From contig NC_092678.1 of assembly GCF_964355755.1 (NCBI RefSeq), positions 12,336,352-12,400,351 of the forward strand: 64,000 nucleotides of DNA, given 5' to 3'. The stretch is from Antedon mediterranea. Taxonomy: Eukaryota > Animalia > Echinodermata. The position numbers and the translations under genes were made by a program. The notes below the pieces were generated by a model. The model saw nothing but the letters and a program-made list of their open reading frames with translations, was not told the DNA's origin and searched no databases. Below are positions 49,071-62,989 of the stretch, piece by piece. Each line of letters begins with the position of its first letter. Position 1 is the first letter of the stretch.

Positions 49071-52000
49071 CACCCGATTCTGCTACTGTCCACAGGTGCT
49101 ATCTGTAAAACTATAGAAAGTTATACACGTTGCTGTCTGCTATAAATGCTGTACTTTTAACACATGGTACACTGTCTGTAGCACAGTGTGTGTTGACAAT
49201 TTACAATGATGTACAACCATAGGCAGGTTTTCGTACTGCCATGCAAGAATGGATAGGTGTTTTCCGCCGCTTTTAGGCCTTCTAGTCAATTATTGTTATT
49301 ATTATACGAATTACGTAATTAGTCTAGTAGCTTATCTACCTTTTTAGCAGGGCATAATGAATATTGTAGCTAGGCTAGGCCTACTAGTCTAGAGGGAAAT
49401 CAACCAATTATTTGGTTGGATACGAGTTTAGGGTAGGAAGTTAAGTACGAGTTGGCATGGGTACGAGTCGACCAGGGGTGAATCGACCATAGTACACCCG
49501 GCCGCCCTACTAGAGCATAGGCTACAGGCCTGCAGGAATTGGAAATCTGTCCGAGCTATAGGCAAAGGCCTACATTGGGACGCCCAAAAAAGCCATCCTA
49601 TGAGCATAAAAAGGCCTCGTAGAGCCAGACATGTATTATTAACATACACTACACAGTACTAGTACGTCTACCATTTATTATAGTTCCATGGTACTACGGA
49701 TCACTACTATCTAGGTCTAGTAGGCTAGGGTAGGGTTCCAGTAATTTCGGTCGCGTTTTTTCAGGAGGGCATGTGAGAGGTGAGGTAGGTTAGCCCAGCT
49801 AGGCTAAACTAACATGTAAGTAGTATTCTACCATGGGATGGGAACGAGTCGGCATGGGGGTACGGGTTGATCTTTATCCGTATTCTAGGGTGCTGGTCAA
49901 CCCGTAACGTACCCATGTCAACTCGTACCAAACTTGGCTAACTCGTACCAAAATAATTGGTCAACTCGTACCAATAGCTTTATAGCTTTATTGATAGCTG
50001 GGTTCAAATCTAGGTTGGGACGGTTTTTTCTCATTCTAAAACAGATTTCCTTATATAAATAATAAAATAATATCAACCTATGAATTTAACTGTAATATTG
50101 TATTGTATACATAATATTAGTAGTAATAGTAATTCCCATTGCATTTATTATTATAATATATTTTACGGTTACCCCTTAATTATACTATAGTATAACTTCC
50201 TTGTTATATTTTACAATATTTTCTTCATAATTCAACAATTTTTTTTCACAGCTAATTATTAAACTGAATCATCACACACCAAATCTCATGAAATATCTCT
50301 AGTGTATTTCTCCAAGCTAATCCAGCTACATGGTATTGCCTTGAGGCTAAACTACACTGTATACTGGGCACTACCATCATTCCTGGCCCGTCAACCTGGA
50401 CCACATTATGGTCCAACACAGTCGTGTACTACTGATTCCAAATAGTGAATTACATCCTGTGGTCAAGGATTGATTTGCACTTATGCTTATTTCCTCCAAC
50501 ATACAGAGTACGTAGGGCGTTTAATTTGCTTTTATACCTGTTAATTAAAAAATCGATTATGCCTATTGTTGCATAAAGATCAAATTTAGACTGTAAATAC
50601 TGGGATGATCACCCTTAATTTTCTTTTTCATTTAACAATTTTATTTTTCACAGCCAGAAAAAAGCATACAGGGTTTTTTTTATTCATAACTGTTGAATTG
50701 CATCCCAATACATGGTACCTATTGGTATTATATCTATAATAATAAAGTACTCTCTTATAAATAGATGTATCTCTCCAAACTACTCCAACTACCTAATCTA
50801 ATAATAATACTATAGCATACTACTGTACACTTTGTAGACAAGAAATAAGTTGTATCCACCTAGAGGACTTATGGTAGTACTGTACAGTCGATCGTCCTCT
50901 CATTGGTCTGGTCAACATAATCTACGCCTAGATTATTACAGTAATTAAAGTAGCCTACATTATTACAGAGATTTTTTTTTCTTCAGAAATCAAAGTTATG
51001 TGTATAGAAAGCAGTACTCGTATTAAAAACTAAGCAGGTTGTACTCTTGAACGCAAACTGGCAGGAAAATTTTGAATATTTTTTGTTGTTGAAATGATGG
51101 AATCCTAACTTCAATTTCCACGAACTGGAGACGAAGACATAATTACGACCCTTTTATTTAAATTTATTTGGATAGACCTCCATGTAAATTCATTAAAGGC
51201 TATATGATTGTTTTATATTTTAATATGTGATAGTAGAAAATCATTGTGTATAATGATGACTATGAATCTGATATTTACTTGCATTCTCATCTTTTTTAAA
51301 TTGTATTTACTAGATGTTACGCTCGCTTCGCTCGCGTACCATCTAGGTCGTGCCCACCATCTAGGTCGTGCCCACAGATGGTTCTTGAATACATAATAAT
51401 TTCAGCGTTAAAAAACTGGCGATTTCAAATGTACGTACAATAATATGCCTACATGTCGTTTACAGGAACGAATAAATAGACACTGATTTATGTACTCAAC
51501 TAAAATTAGCACCCTGGGAATTACTTCCGAAAGAGAAACTTGTCACATAATGAGACCAATTGTTTAAGTCAAATTTAAACAAACTTAATTTGTGTTTTGT
51601 ATGTAACATTAGGGTTGAGGGATGGGGAAGAGGATGGGTGCAAAGAGGAACAATTTTTAAATATATTCTTTATCCATTTAGTAACGAAATATTAATTGTT
51701 TTCATGTTTTACAAATAATATACCACTAAACACAGTAAAACATTGCGATGTAATACAGTACTTTGTTGAAACTATCACCGTCCGAGTCGATTGAAATAGT
51801 ACATGATACATCACTACGACATGTTTATATAATGTAAAACAATTTGTGAAAACCACTTCTATTCGGGGAAAATCATAAATTCGATTTAATCGTCAATAAA
51901 TATTAAATTATCTAACTCAACTTAATCAGTAGGCCTAATGGTTTTCAATTGTTTTTTAGAGCCAATTCATACTTAAGTTGGTCCCTACCCTTACCCACCA

Positions 52001-55000
52001 AAGTTGTTCTGCGTTTATGGCATGTGATGCACCGTGATGCCTATCCTCTACTGGCTTTACAACGCTACTCATGCCAGTGAGGGAAGGGTGATGATGTGGG
52101 TGGTTTAACTGCAATAATAAAGATTGGAACATAGTATACGGCGACTGAAAACGCTAGCTCATTATCCGTTTAAAAAAAATGTATATCCAACCTCTGCAGC
52201 TGCACAAATTGAAAACAAAAATGGATCGAATTTCTGTTATGAGTCATACAGTACTTGCCTTTACGACGCCTGAGGGAATAGACACTTGTGGAACAGAGAT
52301 TGGAATGTTCCATTCATCGCAAATAAATACATTTGTAAAAACGTATATTAAATCTATCAAAATAGAATTTTTAAAAGAAAATCGGCCTGTCTTCAACATT
52401 ATGATGCTGTACTCGAGCTGTTCAGCCGGTTTTCAGCCATTAAAAACAACTATCGTAGGAGGAGATAGGAAAATGCGAAGCATCCTTGTATTATTGTCTG
52501 CGGGTATTTTTCAAGACGGACATCCATTAGACAGTGTATACCACGATCTAAAAACACCCCTATTTGGGGCAAATCGTTGAACTTAAATTCGTTTTAATCG
52601 TCAATAACTCATTATCGAACTCAATTTAATTAGTAAACAGGGTTACATCAGGTGGTTAAAATCAGTACCGAAAGTACGAACCAACTTTACATACCATCGA
52701 GTAAACATTCTAGAAATAACGCGCGATTTACCGAATTTTGCCCTTACGTAAATTTATATATAGATAATGCTGGTAATGAATTTACTATTGAAAAAATCAT
52801 GTGTCCACTTATCTCAAATTATGGCACACCTCTAACCTTGGTAATAATAATAATAATAGGATTTTTATAGCGCACATACCACTCCAGAGTGCTCAAGAAC
52901 TGACTGTGTTCTATATGAGTACATTTAATTTACCATATAGTAGTGTTTCCACCATACTTCAACCTGGTAATTGAATACATTTCATCGGGGTAAAATTATC
53001 ACCTTTAACATAAAGTATCCTCCTGAAACATGTATTTGTACTGTACTGCATATACTATTCATTTTGGACTGCATCTACTATTCATTTAATTACTTAATAC
53101 TAATTTGGGTGATTTATGTCTAACTTCAGGAATGATCTGAGGCTAGAAGAACGAATTTCTGCACATATAATTTATATAAAAAATAAACCAATGTTTTCTT
53201 AAAAAATTAACCCCTAGGTTGAAATTTCTTTTGTGTAATATAGTTCATATATTATGTATTAAATAAATTGGTTAGGCCCTATACTGTTTATATTTAAGGA
53301 AAGTTTATATACACTATTATTTTATGCCTACCAATATTAGTATTAATTGTTTATTTAACTATTTTGTCTATAATTGCATTGATTTTTTGTATAGTCCAAT
53401 GGCATTAATGTTTTTCTCAAATCAAATTAGCCTAATAATGCCATATTTAGACACATAATTCATTGATTTCTGATATTCTGTACTTGTGTATGCATTACTA
53501 AAATAGTAGTTATTTTATTTCATTTATAATGTATGTATAAACATTTATTCAGTTCTTTTTTTACCTTTTTAAGTTTAAAAAATATTAAAATACCTATCAA
53601 CCTTTCTGTTATTGTTACTATTATAATATTTTTTGCAGAAGATTGATTTCAATAAAAAAAATTTAAAACATTTAATTTGACTTATACTGTACTATGTTAG
53701 TTCAGGAGATGAAGTGTGTGTTGGTAGAATCTGGTGTGTTTGAGGTTGGTGATGTGAGGTGTATTTTTGTGACTTTAAGACCTAAATTAGATGTTTTCTG
53801 AAGAAAAGAAGCAAATAGGCTTCCCAATAAAATAGTATGTAATAGTGTATATTAAAGTACATTGAATGAATTCGAGCGGAAAAATAACACACATCAAAAA
53901 ACATTCATTTCCTTGTCGAAAAGCGCCCTATTGAACATATAAAAGAAGTTTCAAATGTTTTTAAATTCGAAAAGTATTTTTTATCGATGTTTTTTGTATA
54001 TGTTTTTAAGCAAAATTCTATCCATAACCCTAATTTTTAATGTTCAATGTGATATTTATTGAAGTGCTTTGAATACGTTGACGAAATTTGGAGGTATGAC
54101 ACCTTGTTAGGAGTAGAATCAGCTTCCAGCATTAAATGTTAAAAATAAGTTTATATTACTCATTAATTAATAATAATTATTAATAAATTAATAGAAAACT
54201 AGAGAGGGCGCTTTTCGACAAAGAAATGAACGATTTTTTATGTGTGTTATTTTTCCGCTCGAGTTTATTCAATGTAGTGTAATATACTCTGTTACATACT
54301 ATTTTATTGGGAGTAATTATTTTTGTGTGAATCTTCTTGGAGTTGTTTGAAAGCCTATCCACTTACTTCTTTTCTTCAGAAAACATCTAATTTAGGTCTT
54401 AAAGTGACAAAAATACACCTCACATCACCAACCTCCAACACACCAGATTCTACCAACACACACTTTATCTCCTGAACTAACATAGTACAGTATAAATCAA
54501 ATTAATTGTTTACAATTTTTTTTATTGAAATCAATCTGCCTCAAAAAATATTATAATAGTAACAATAACAGAAAGGTAGATAGTTATTTTAATAATTTTT
54601 AAACTTAAAAATGTAAAAAAAAATACTGAATAAAAGTTTATACATACATTATAAATGAAATAAAATAACTACTATTATTACTAACTACTTAGTAATGCAT
54701 ACACAAGTACAGAATATCAGAAATCAATGAATTATGTGTCTAAATATGGCATTATTAGGCTAATTTGATTTGAGAAAACATTAATGCCATTGGCCTATAC
54801 AAAAAATCAATGCAATTAGACAAGTTACATAAACAATTAATACTAATATTGGTAGGCATAAAATAATAGTGTATATAAACTTTCCTTAAATATAAACAGT
54901 ATAGGGCCTTACCAATTTATTTAATACATATTATATGAACTATATTACACAAAAGAAATATAAATGAATTTATAAGGACATGATGATTATCAAAAATAGT

Positions 55001-57944
55001 CAATATAATTTAATATTATGTTCATATTGTTATATTATATCATAGAGATTTTCAAAAACAAAGTTTGGTAACATTTAGTTTCGGTTTCAGACCTTTAATA
55101 TTTGGAAATAACATAATAATTATAAAACATTCTTTTTTTTAATGCCATTATGCGGTTAAAAACAAGTACAGCAGTATGCATATGTAGATACAGTACACAT
55201 ATATTGTGAGAACACAATTTCAATAATTTCTTTGTTAGTTATCAACCTAGGGGTTAAATTTTTAGGAAAACATTGGTTTATTTTTTATATAAATTATATG
55301 TGCAGAAATTCGTTCTTCTAGCCTCAGATCATTCCTGAAGCTAGACATAAATCACCCAAATTAGTATTAAGTAATTAAATAAATAGTAGATGCAGTACAA
55401 AATGAATAGTATATGCAGTACAGTACAAATACATGTTTCAGGAGGATACTTTATGTTAAAGGTGATAATTTTACCCCGATGAAATGTATTCAATTACCAG
55501 GTTGAAGTATGGTGGAAACACTACTATATGGTAAATTAAATGTACTCATATAGAACACAGTCAGTTCTTGAGCACTCTGGAGTGGTATGTGCACTATAAA
55601 AATCTTATTATTATTATTATTACCAAGGTTAAAGGTGTGCCACAATTTGAGATAAGTGGACACATGATTTTTTCAATAGTAAATTCATTACCAGCATTAT
55701 AAATACAATTTTAAAAAGATAAGAATGCAAGTAAATATCAGATTCATAGTCCTCATTATACACAATGATTTTCTACTATCACATATTAAAATATAAAACA
55801 ATCATATAGCCTTTAATGAATTTACATGGAGGTCTATCCAAATAAATTTAAATAAAAGGGTCGTAATATGTCTTCGTATCCAGTTCGTGGAAATTGAAGT
55901 TAGGATTCCATCATTTCAACAACAAAAAATATTCAAAATTTTCCTGCCAGTTTGCGTTCAAGAGTACAACCTGCTTAGTTTGTAATACGAGTACTGCTTT
56001 CTATACACATAACTTTGATTTCTGAAAAAAAAAAAAATCTCTGTAATAATGTAGGCTACTTTAATTACTGTAATAATCTAGGCGTAGATTATGTTGACCA
56101 GACCAATGAGAGGACGATCGACTGTACAGTACTACCATAAGTCCTCTAGGTGGATACAACTTATTTCTTGTCTACAAAGTGTACAGTAGTATGCTATAGT
56201 ATTATTATTAGATTAGGTAGTTGGAGTAGTTTGGAGAGATACATCTATTTATAAGAGAGTACTTTATTATTATAGATATAATACCAATAGGTACCATGTA
56301 TTGGGATGCAATTCAACAGTTATGAATAAAAAAAAACCCTGTATGCTTTTTTCTGGCTGTGAAAAATAAAATTGTTAAATGAAAAAGAAAATTTAGGGTG
56401 ATCATCCCAGTATTTACAGTCTAAATTTGATCTTTATGCAACAATAGGCATAATCGATTTTTTAATTAACAGGTATAAAAGCAAATTAAACGCCCTACGT
56501 ACTCTGTATGTTGGAGGAAATAAGCATAAGTGCAAATCAATCCTTGACCACAGGATGTAATTCACTATTTGGAATCAGTAGTACACGACTGTGTTGGACC
56601 ATAATGTGGTCCAGGTTGACGGGCCAGGAATGATGGTAGTGCCCAGTATACAGTGTAGTTTAGCCTCAAGGCAATACCATGTAGCTGGATTAGCTTGGAG
56701 AAATACACGATATTTCATGAGATTTGGTGTGTGATGATTCAGTTTGATAATTAGCTGTGAAAAAAAATTGTTGAATTATGAAGAAAATATTGTAAATTAT
56801 AACAAGTAAGTTATACTATAGTATAATTAAGGGGTAACTGTAAAATATATTATAATAATAAATGCAATGGGAATTACTATTACTACTAATATTATGTATA
56901 CAATACAATATTACAGTTAAATTCATAGGTCGATATTATTTTATTATTTATATAAGGAAATCTGTTTTAGAATGAGAAAAAACCGTCCCAACCTAGATTT
57001 GAACCCAGCTATCAATAAAGCTATAAAGCTATTGGTACGAGTTGACCAATTATTTTGGTACGAGTTAGCCAAGTTTGGTACGAGTTGACATGGGTACGTT
57101 ACGGGTTGAACAGCACCCTAGAATACGGATAAAGATCAACCCGTACCCCCATGCCGACTCGTTCCCATCCCATGGTAGAATACTACTTACATGTTAGTTT
57201 AGCCTAGCTGGGCTAACCTACCTCACCTCTCACATGCCCTCCTGAAAAAACGCGACCGAAATTACTGGAACCCTACCCTAGCCTACTAGACCTATAGTAT
57301 TAGTAGTGATCCGTAGTACCATGGAACTATAATAAATTGTAGACGTACTAGTACTGTGTAGTGTATGTTAACAATACATGTCTGGCTCTACGAGGCCTTT
57401 TAATGCTCATAGGATGGCTTTTTTGGGCGTCCCAATGTAGGCCTATGCCTATAGCTAGGACAGATTTCCCATTCCTGCAGGCCTGTAGCCTATGCTCTAG
57501 TAGGGCGGCCGGGTGTACTCTGGTCGATTCACCCCTGGTCGACTCGTACCCATGCCAACTCGTACTTAACTTCCTACCCTAAACTCGTATCCAACCAAAT
57601 AATTGGTTGATTTCCCGCTAAACTAGTAGGCCTAGAAGCCTATAGCTACAATATTCATTATGCCCTGCTAAAAAGGTAGATGAGCTACTAGGCTAATTAC
57701 GTAATTCGTATAATAATAACAATAATTGACTAGAAGGCCTAAAAGCGGCGGAAAACACCTATCCTTTCTTGCATGGCAGTACGAAAACCTGCCTATGGTT
57801 GTACATCATTGTAAATTGTCAACACACACTGTGCTTCAGACAGTGTACCGTGTGTTAAAAGTACAGCATTTATAGCAGACAGCAACGTGTATAACTTTCT
57901 ATAGTTTTACAGATATCACCTGTGGACAGTAGCAGAATCGGGTG
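49071..57944. mobile_element. Giant foldback element: ~3.4-kb inverted arms, ~275-bp spacer, 7-bp TSD
   Basis: Termini cacccgattctgctactgtccacagg and cctgtggacagtagcagaatcgggtg. Arms 49071-53929 and 54205-57944 are reverse complements apart from a Helitron (left arm) and 54960-55241 (right arm). attatat lies at 49064-49070 and 57945-57951. Confidence 0.9.
51310..52764 (-). mobile_element. Non-autonomous Helitron, copy 3, inserted in the left foldback arm
   Basis: Reverse complement of the 10242 family, with TC...CTAG ends. The mirror arm shows the empty site ttgtattta|taatgctgg (~55692-55709, minus). Confidence 0.92.
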
Positions 57945-58321
57945 ATTATATCATGAGTTTCATTAAGCCTATTTTGGTGAAAAAATATAAAATTACATAT
58001 AAAACAATTAATGGAGAGTTTATTTACAATAAAAGTGTAATTTAAAAAGAGTAGTAACATCTGCATAAAGATAAAAGGTGAAGAATTTTGAGGCATTTGG
58101 TAAATCATAGGGTTAAAAGTGTTGGTAGCGAGTTAGATAATAAACAACTCCTAAAGGAAAAACATTACTAAACATAATAAGTGTAACAATGAAGATTATA
58201 ACAATTTAAGAAAATTAATGACTAACGACAGTGTGTGCCACTGATAAAAAGGAGACCAATAGATAAATAAATAATTATACTGAAACATCCGTTTTACGAT
58301 TGCCAAAAAAATGATTTTAAA

Positions 58322-59011
58322 ATAGTGCTAAGCTATAGTCGAGCACAAATTATTCTAGACGGTGACGTGCTTGACATAATTCTGCAACATTTCAGCAAAA
58401 TACTATACCAAATTATGCTAGATTTGTTGAAAACATATTCTAGAAAAAGTGCTGCATTTTGAGAATTATGCATGATTTTTGCTTTGGTTTAGGCCAAATG
58501 ATGTTAGACCTTATAACATTATGCCTAGCATTAATGTTAGATACTAAATGTGTCAAAAAACCACGGATGCTTTGCCTGTTCGTTTACAAGAAGAAACAGT
58601 AGTCATCAAAGCTATCTATGTTGTACATGTTATAATAAATAAGTCCAATAAGCCAATGTTATTTAAATCTTACTTACCCAAAAGTAAAAACATTTACCGT
58701 GGTATCAATGCGTATCCTAACACTACAGTGCAACAAGTGTTTAATCATCAAGAAATTGTATACCTATGTAGATACCAGTATGTGTATGCCCTTGGATTTA
58801 TAATATATATATAATGTTTTATTTATTTAATAAACCATATGCAGTGAAAACTAACGACAACATTAAAAAATAGAAACAGATTTATGTTGATTTGTATGTA
58901 TTGTCTCAACCATTGTTTCAAACCATACTCGTTGTATCATTATTCGATTATAAGGTGTAATGTTTACTCGTGTCTGAGTAACAAATGAATGTCTACAAGA
59001 ATGAATGAGAA
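58322..59011. repeat. Diverged direct duplicate of ~44272-45070
   Basis: Shared blocks in the same order: agcacaaattat(g/t)ctagacggtg, gaagaaacagtagtcatca, tacttacc, caatgcgtatcct, atacctatgtagataccag, gagtaacaaatgaa. Confidence 0.8.
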
Positions 59012-61464
59012 TCTATATATACATATACGTAAGGGAAAAATTCGGTAAATCGAGCGTTATTTCTAAAATGTTTACTCGATGGTTCTATGTCTATAATGAT
59101 GGTTCGTACTTTCGGTACGAATTTCAACCAACTAATATAACCCTGTTTACTAATTAAATTGAGTTAGATAATTAGTCATTGACAATTAAAACGAATTTAG
59201 GTTCAACGTTTTCCGATCATGGTATACACTGTCTAATGGATGTCCATATTAAAAAATACCCACACACAATAATACGAGGATGATGACGATGATTCGCATT
59301 TACCTATCTCCGTCTACGATAATTGTTTTTAATAGCTGAAAACCGGTTGAAAAGCTCGAGTACAGCATCATAATGTGTCTTCTTTAAAAAATCTATTTTG
59401 ATAGATTTAATATACGTTTATACAAATGTATTGATTTACGATGAATTGAACATTCCAATCTTTCAGTTATTATTATTATTATTGTTGTTGTTGTTATTAT
59501 TATGATTAATAATAATTATTTATTAATAATATTATTATTTACAAGTAGGTAAATATATGGGTCCTTGCGGATAAATTTAAAACCTTTAGAAATAGGCCTA
59601 GTATTGCAATACTTTGACAATACTGTAAATACCATTTTTTTATTTATTTCATTTCAATACATCAATAATACCAATTTAATAGATAAAGGTAACGTAACCA
59701 TTAAAACAATAAAAAGAAACACGATATAATACTCTCTCAAACCTAAGAGAGTAATAAAATAAAAGAAAAATAATGTATCGCAAAATTACACCTTATAATA
59801 ATCATTTTGTAAATAATATTATGGGTGCCTTGAATTTTTGGTAATTGTGAATTAAGTGATTATAATTAAGTAATTTTCTTTGATTGATTTTGCAACTAAA
59901 TATGTACCACTTTGTAATTAAAATTAGAATGTTTGCATCACTGTGTGTTTTTCCAAAACCAAAACATATACTTTCTTTGGTGATAATTAAGTTATTGTTG
60001 ATTTTGATACATATAGTGTTTTATATTCTCCCATATTTTCTTTACTAGATCACATTCAAGGAAAATATGTAGCAGCGTTTCCTGCCTTTCCTTGCAAAAA
60101 CTACACATTGGTGAATCGACCTTTGACATCTTAAAGAGCATTGTATTTGTATAAATTATACGATGAATACATTTAAATTGATCATTTTTAAGCTTGGTGT
60201 CATGTGTACAAGCGTGTACATTTGAGAAAAGGTTTTTTCCAATCAAGTTCGTTGTCAAACTCCTTGTCCCATTTAGATTCAATTCCAATTGGCTCTTCAA
60301 CAGTTTTTAATATAATGTGTTTATAAATATAATGGCAATTTCTTGTTTTCACCGAAATAAATATCTGTAATTTAGATTCAACTTCATTAGTTGTGTTTAC
60401 ACCTTGTTCAATTAAGTTATGTTTCCATAGATTTGGAATTGAATTGACAATCTGGTGATATAATAAGAAGTCTGGTTTAAAATTATATTTTTGTTTAAAT
60501 TCGTTTAGTTCTAATATTTTCAGCTTCTTTGTTCACGATATCTTTTACATAATTTACATTTTTAACCAACCAACTTTTTTTTCAACTTTAAATTCTCTTT
60601 CATCAAAACATGAGTTGTTCCATAAAGATTGATTTAAGATGTCTTCTATCGTATACGGTTCTACAATATTGTATTCACTCCACGCAGAGAGTATATCTTT
60701 ATGGAACCTTTCAAATTGTATTAATATTTTTAAAGCTTTAGAATAATAAATGAATACCTATTAACCATTTTTTTGTCGCCATTTGAAGCGCAAATTTCTT
60801 ACTTTGAGTGTGGGTACGGTTAGATATATAAACACATACAAATAAACTTTATTATTCTGAGTTTGGGTAGGCCTACTGTTAGATAAACACATAATATACA
60901 CATAAACTTTATTACTGACAGTTGCTTCTCAACGTTTGTATTAATTTATCATTACAAAAATATAAACGTCGTAGTGGTGTATCGTTACATGTACTTTACC
61001 ATTTCTATCGACTATGACAGTGACAGTTTTAACAAATTATTAAATCGCAAATGCTTTACTGTATTTACTTGTATATCATTTATAGGCCTATAAAACACGG
61101 AAACATATTTCGTTACTGCGTGGATAAAGAATATGTTTGAAAATTGTTCCTCTTTGTACCCATCCTCTTCCCCCATCACTCAACCCTAATGTTATATACA
61201 AAACACAAATTGAGTTTGTTTAAATGAGACCAAATCCAAAATGTGGACTTATTTTGTGAAAAGTTTTTCTTTCGGAAGTAATTCCTTGGGTGCTAATTTA
61301 AGTTGATTAAATAAATCATCGTGTCTATCTATTCGTTTCTGTAAACGACAATGTATTATAGTCCTGCGGTACGCACATTAAAACAAACCCCATTTTTTTT
61401 ATGCTGGAATTACTGAATATTCGAGAACCATCTGTGGGCACGAGCGAGCGAGCGTACTATCCAG
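59012..61464 (+). mobile_element. Non-autonomous Helitron, copy 4 (older, interrupted by a LINE)
   Basis: a|tctatatatacatatacgtaaggg start; colinear with copy 1; ends gggcacgagcgagcgagcgtactatccag|t. Confidence 0.82.
59634..60752 (-). mobile_element. 5'-truncated L1/Tx1-like LINE 3' end (zf-RVT)
   Basis: QFKCIHRIIYTN..LFKM..DSPMCSFCKERQETLLHIFLECDLVKKIW; A-rich tail at the left end; aatacc duplicated at 59628-59633 and 60753-60758. Confidence 0.8.
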
Positions 61465-62124
61465 TTTATAAATTAAATATAATTATAATAATAATAACAT
61501 ATAAACTTAAAGAGGAAGCACAATTAATTTATATAAATCATAAAAAAAACTGAGTATTTTGATTATATTATGTTATTATGTTTTTTTTATGCTGGAATTA
61601 CTGGGTATTTGAGAAACATTTGTGGGCACGATTTAGTTTATAAAATAAATACAATTATAATAATAACATATAAACATAAAGAGGAAGCACAATAAATTTA
61701 TATAAATCATAAAAAAACTGATTAAGTATTTTGATTTTATTATATTATTATGTTTTTTTTTTTAAACTACGTTTCTTATAGGGGACAACGTGTTATAATT
61801 TGGAAGACTGTAACTAATATATATTAATACCGTTATAACCGATATGTTTGATTATACGATGAGTTTAAGTTGACTTAAATGCAGTTCAAAAGAGGCAATA
61901 CTGTAGTATTATATAAATATGTTTCCAAATTTATATTTTAAATTTCAAGAACAATTTGACGGAAGAAGGTTATAATGTGTAAAACCAAAAATCAATGCTG
62001 GAGTGTGTGAATGTTAACATGAGAAATAACCAATTTTGTGTGCTAAACGATGAGCACAAGTGATGAGGCGAATAGCTCTCTTTGAAGGAGATATATATGC
62101 CAAGATTTGAATGGTAGTTATTGG
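61465..62124. repeat. Diverged direct duplicate of ~48325-48813
   Basis: Shared tataggggacaac, aaatttcaagaacaatttga, tcaatgctggagtgtg, gctaaacgatgagcacaag, gtagttatt in the same order. Confidence 0.8.
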
Positions 62125-62989
62125 CACAGGAGAGTGTTTCACCGGAGGTGCTGACCGTAGTGTTTACCTTTTCAATGTTTTACCCACTAGGACAACTGCC
62201 CCATGTAGACCTCCAACTACCCCTAGTGAAACTACAGCTTCGGACAACTACGATTGGTAACCAAGTTAACAAGTTGCTTCTTTTGGTGCACTTGTATTGG
62301 AAATTAAATTGTGTGTGAGGAGGGGACTACCACATTAGGCCTATACATTTCCAATATTTGACGTGAAATTATTATTAACAAAAAAAACTTCTCGGACAAA
62401 ATGATTTCCTCAATTGGCACAGTTTTCATAATAGGAAAAAATCTATGAACCTTTCAAACGAGAGAGAGAAATTTATTTATAATCAATTAATTATTAGTGT
62501 GGGCTTTCTTTAAAAAAAAATTTAAAGTAAAATTAGAAAATCCTTTACTGTGGAATAAAATAAAATGAATATAAATATTTAATGTAGACATAAACACATC
62601 ATGTGTCTTTAGGTTCTATTCTCTCAGGAGTGTGGGGGAAAATGTAAAAAAAAAATCAATTAAAGTTCTTTTATGAAGAGCAAGGTCAAAAACCAAACAT
62701 CATCCTCTTCGGAAGATCAATGTCAATGAAACATCTGACACTGATAAACGTGCAAAATGTGAACATCAATTGGCACAAAATCTTTTTTGGTAAGAAGATC
62801 AAAATCAATCCAGTTTGATTTGAAGAAAAATCTGTTACTGCCTGTCATTGATAACAAACATACATACCTGTTAGCTTACAAGACTCACGCTACACTGCAT
62901 AATCTTGATTATCTACGTTTAGCTTGGACAGATGTGCAAAGAGTTGTGCACTAAAAAGTACTGGGAGAAAAAAAAATGACAAAACATAC

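Noticed and set aside
49428-49649. 73-aa ORF duplicated at 57361-57582
   Set aside because: It is a mirror image due to the foldback arms, has a non-ATG start and shows no recognisable domain.
49071-57944. Maverick/Polinton or pure assembly mirror artefact
   Set aside because: There are no polB, integrase or capsid ORFs and the termini do not start with AG. The arms differ by substitutions, indels and a precise Helitron insertion.
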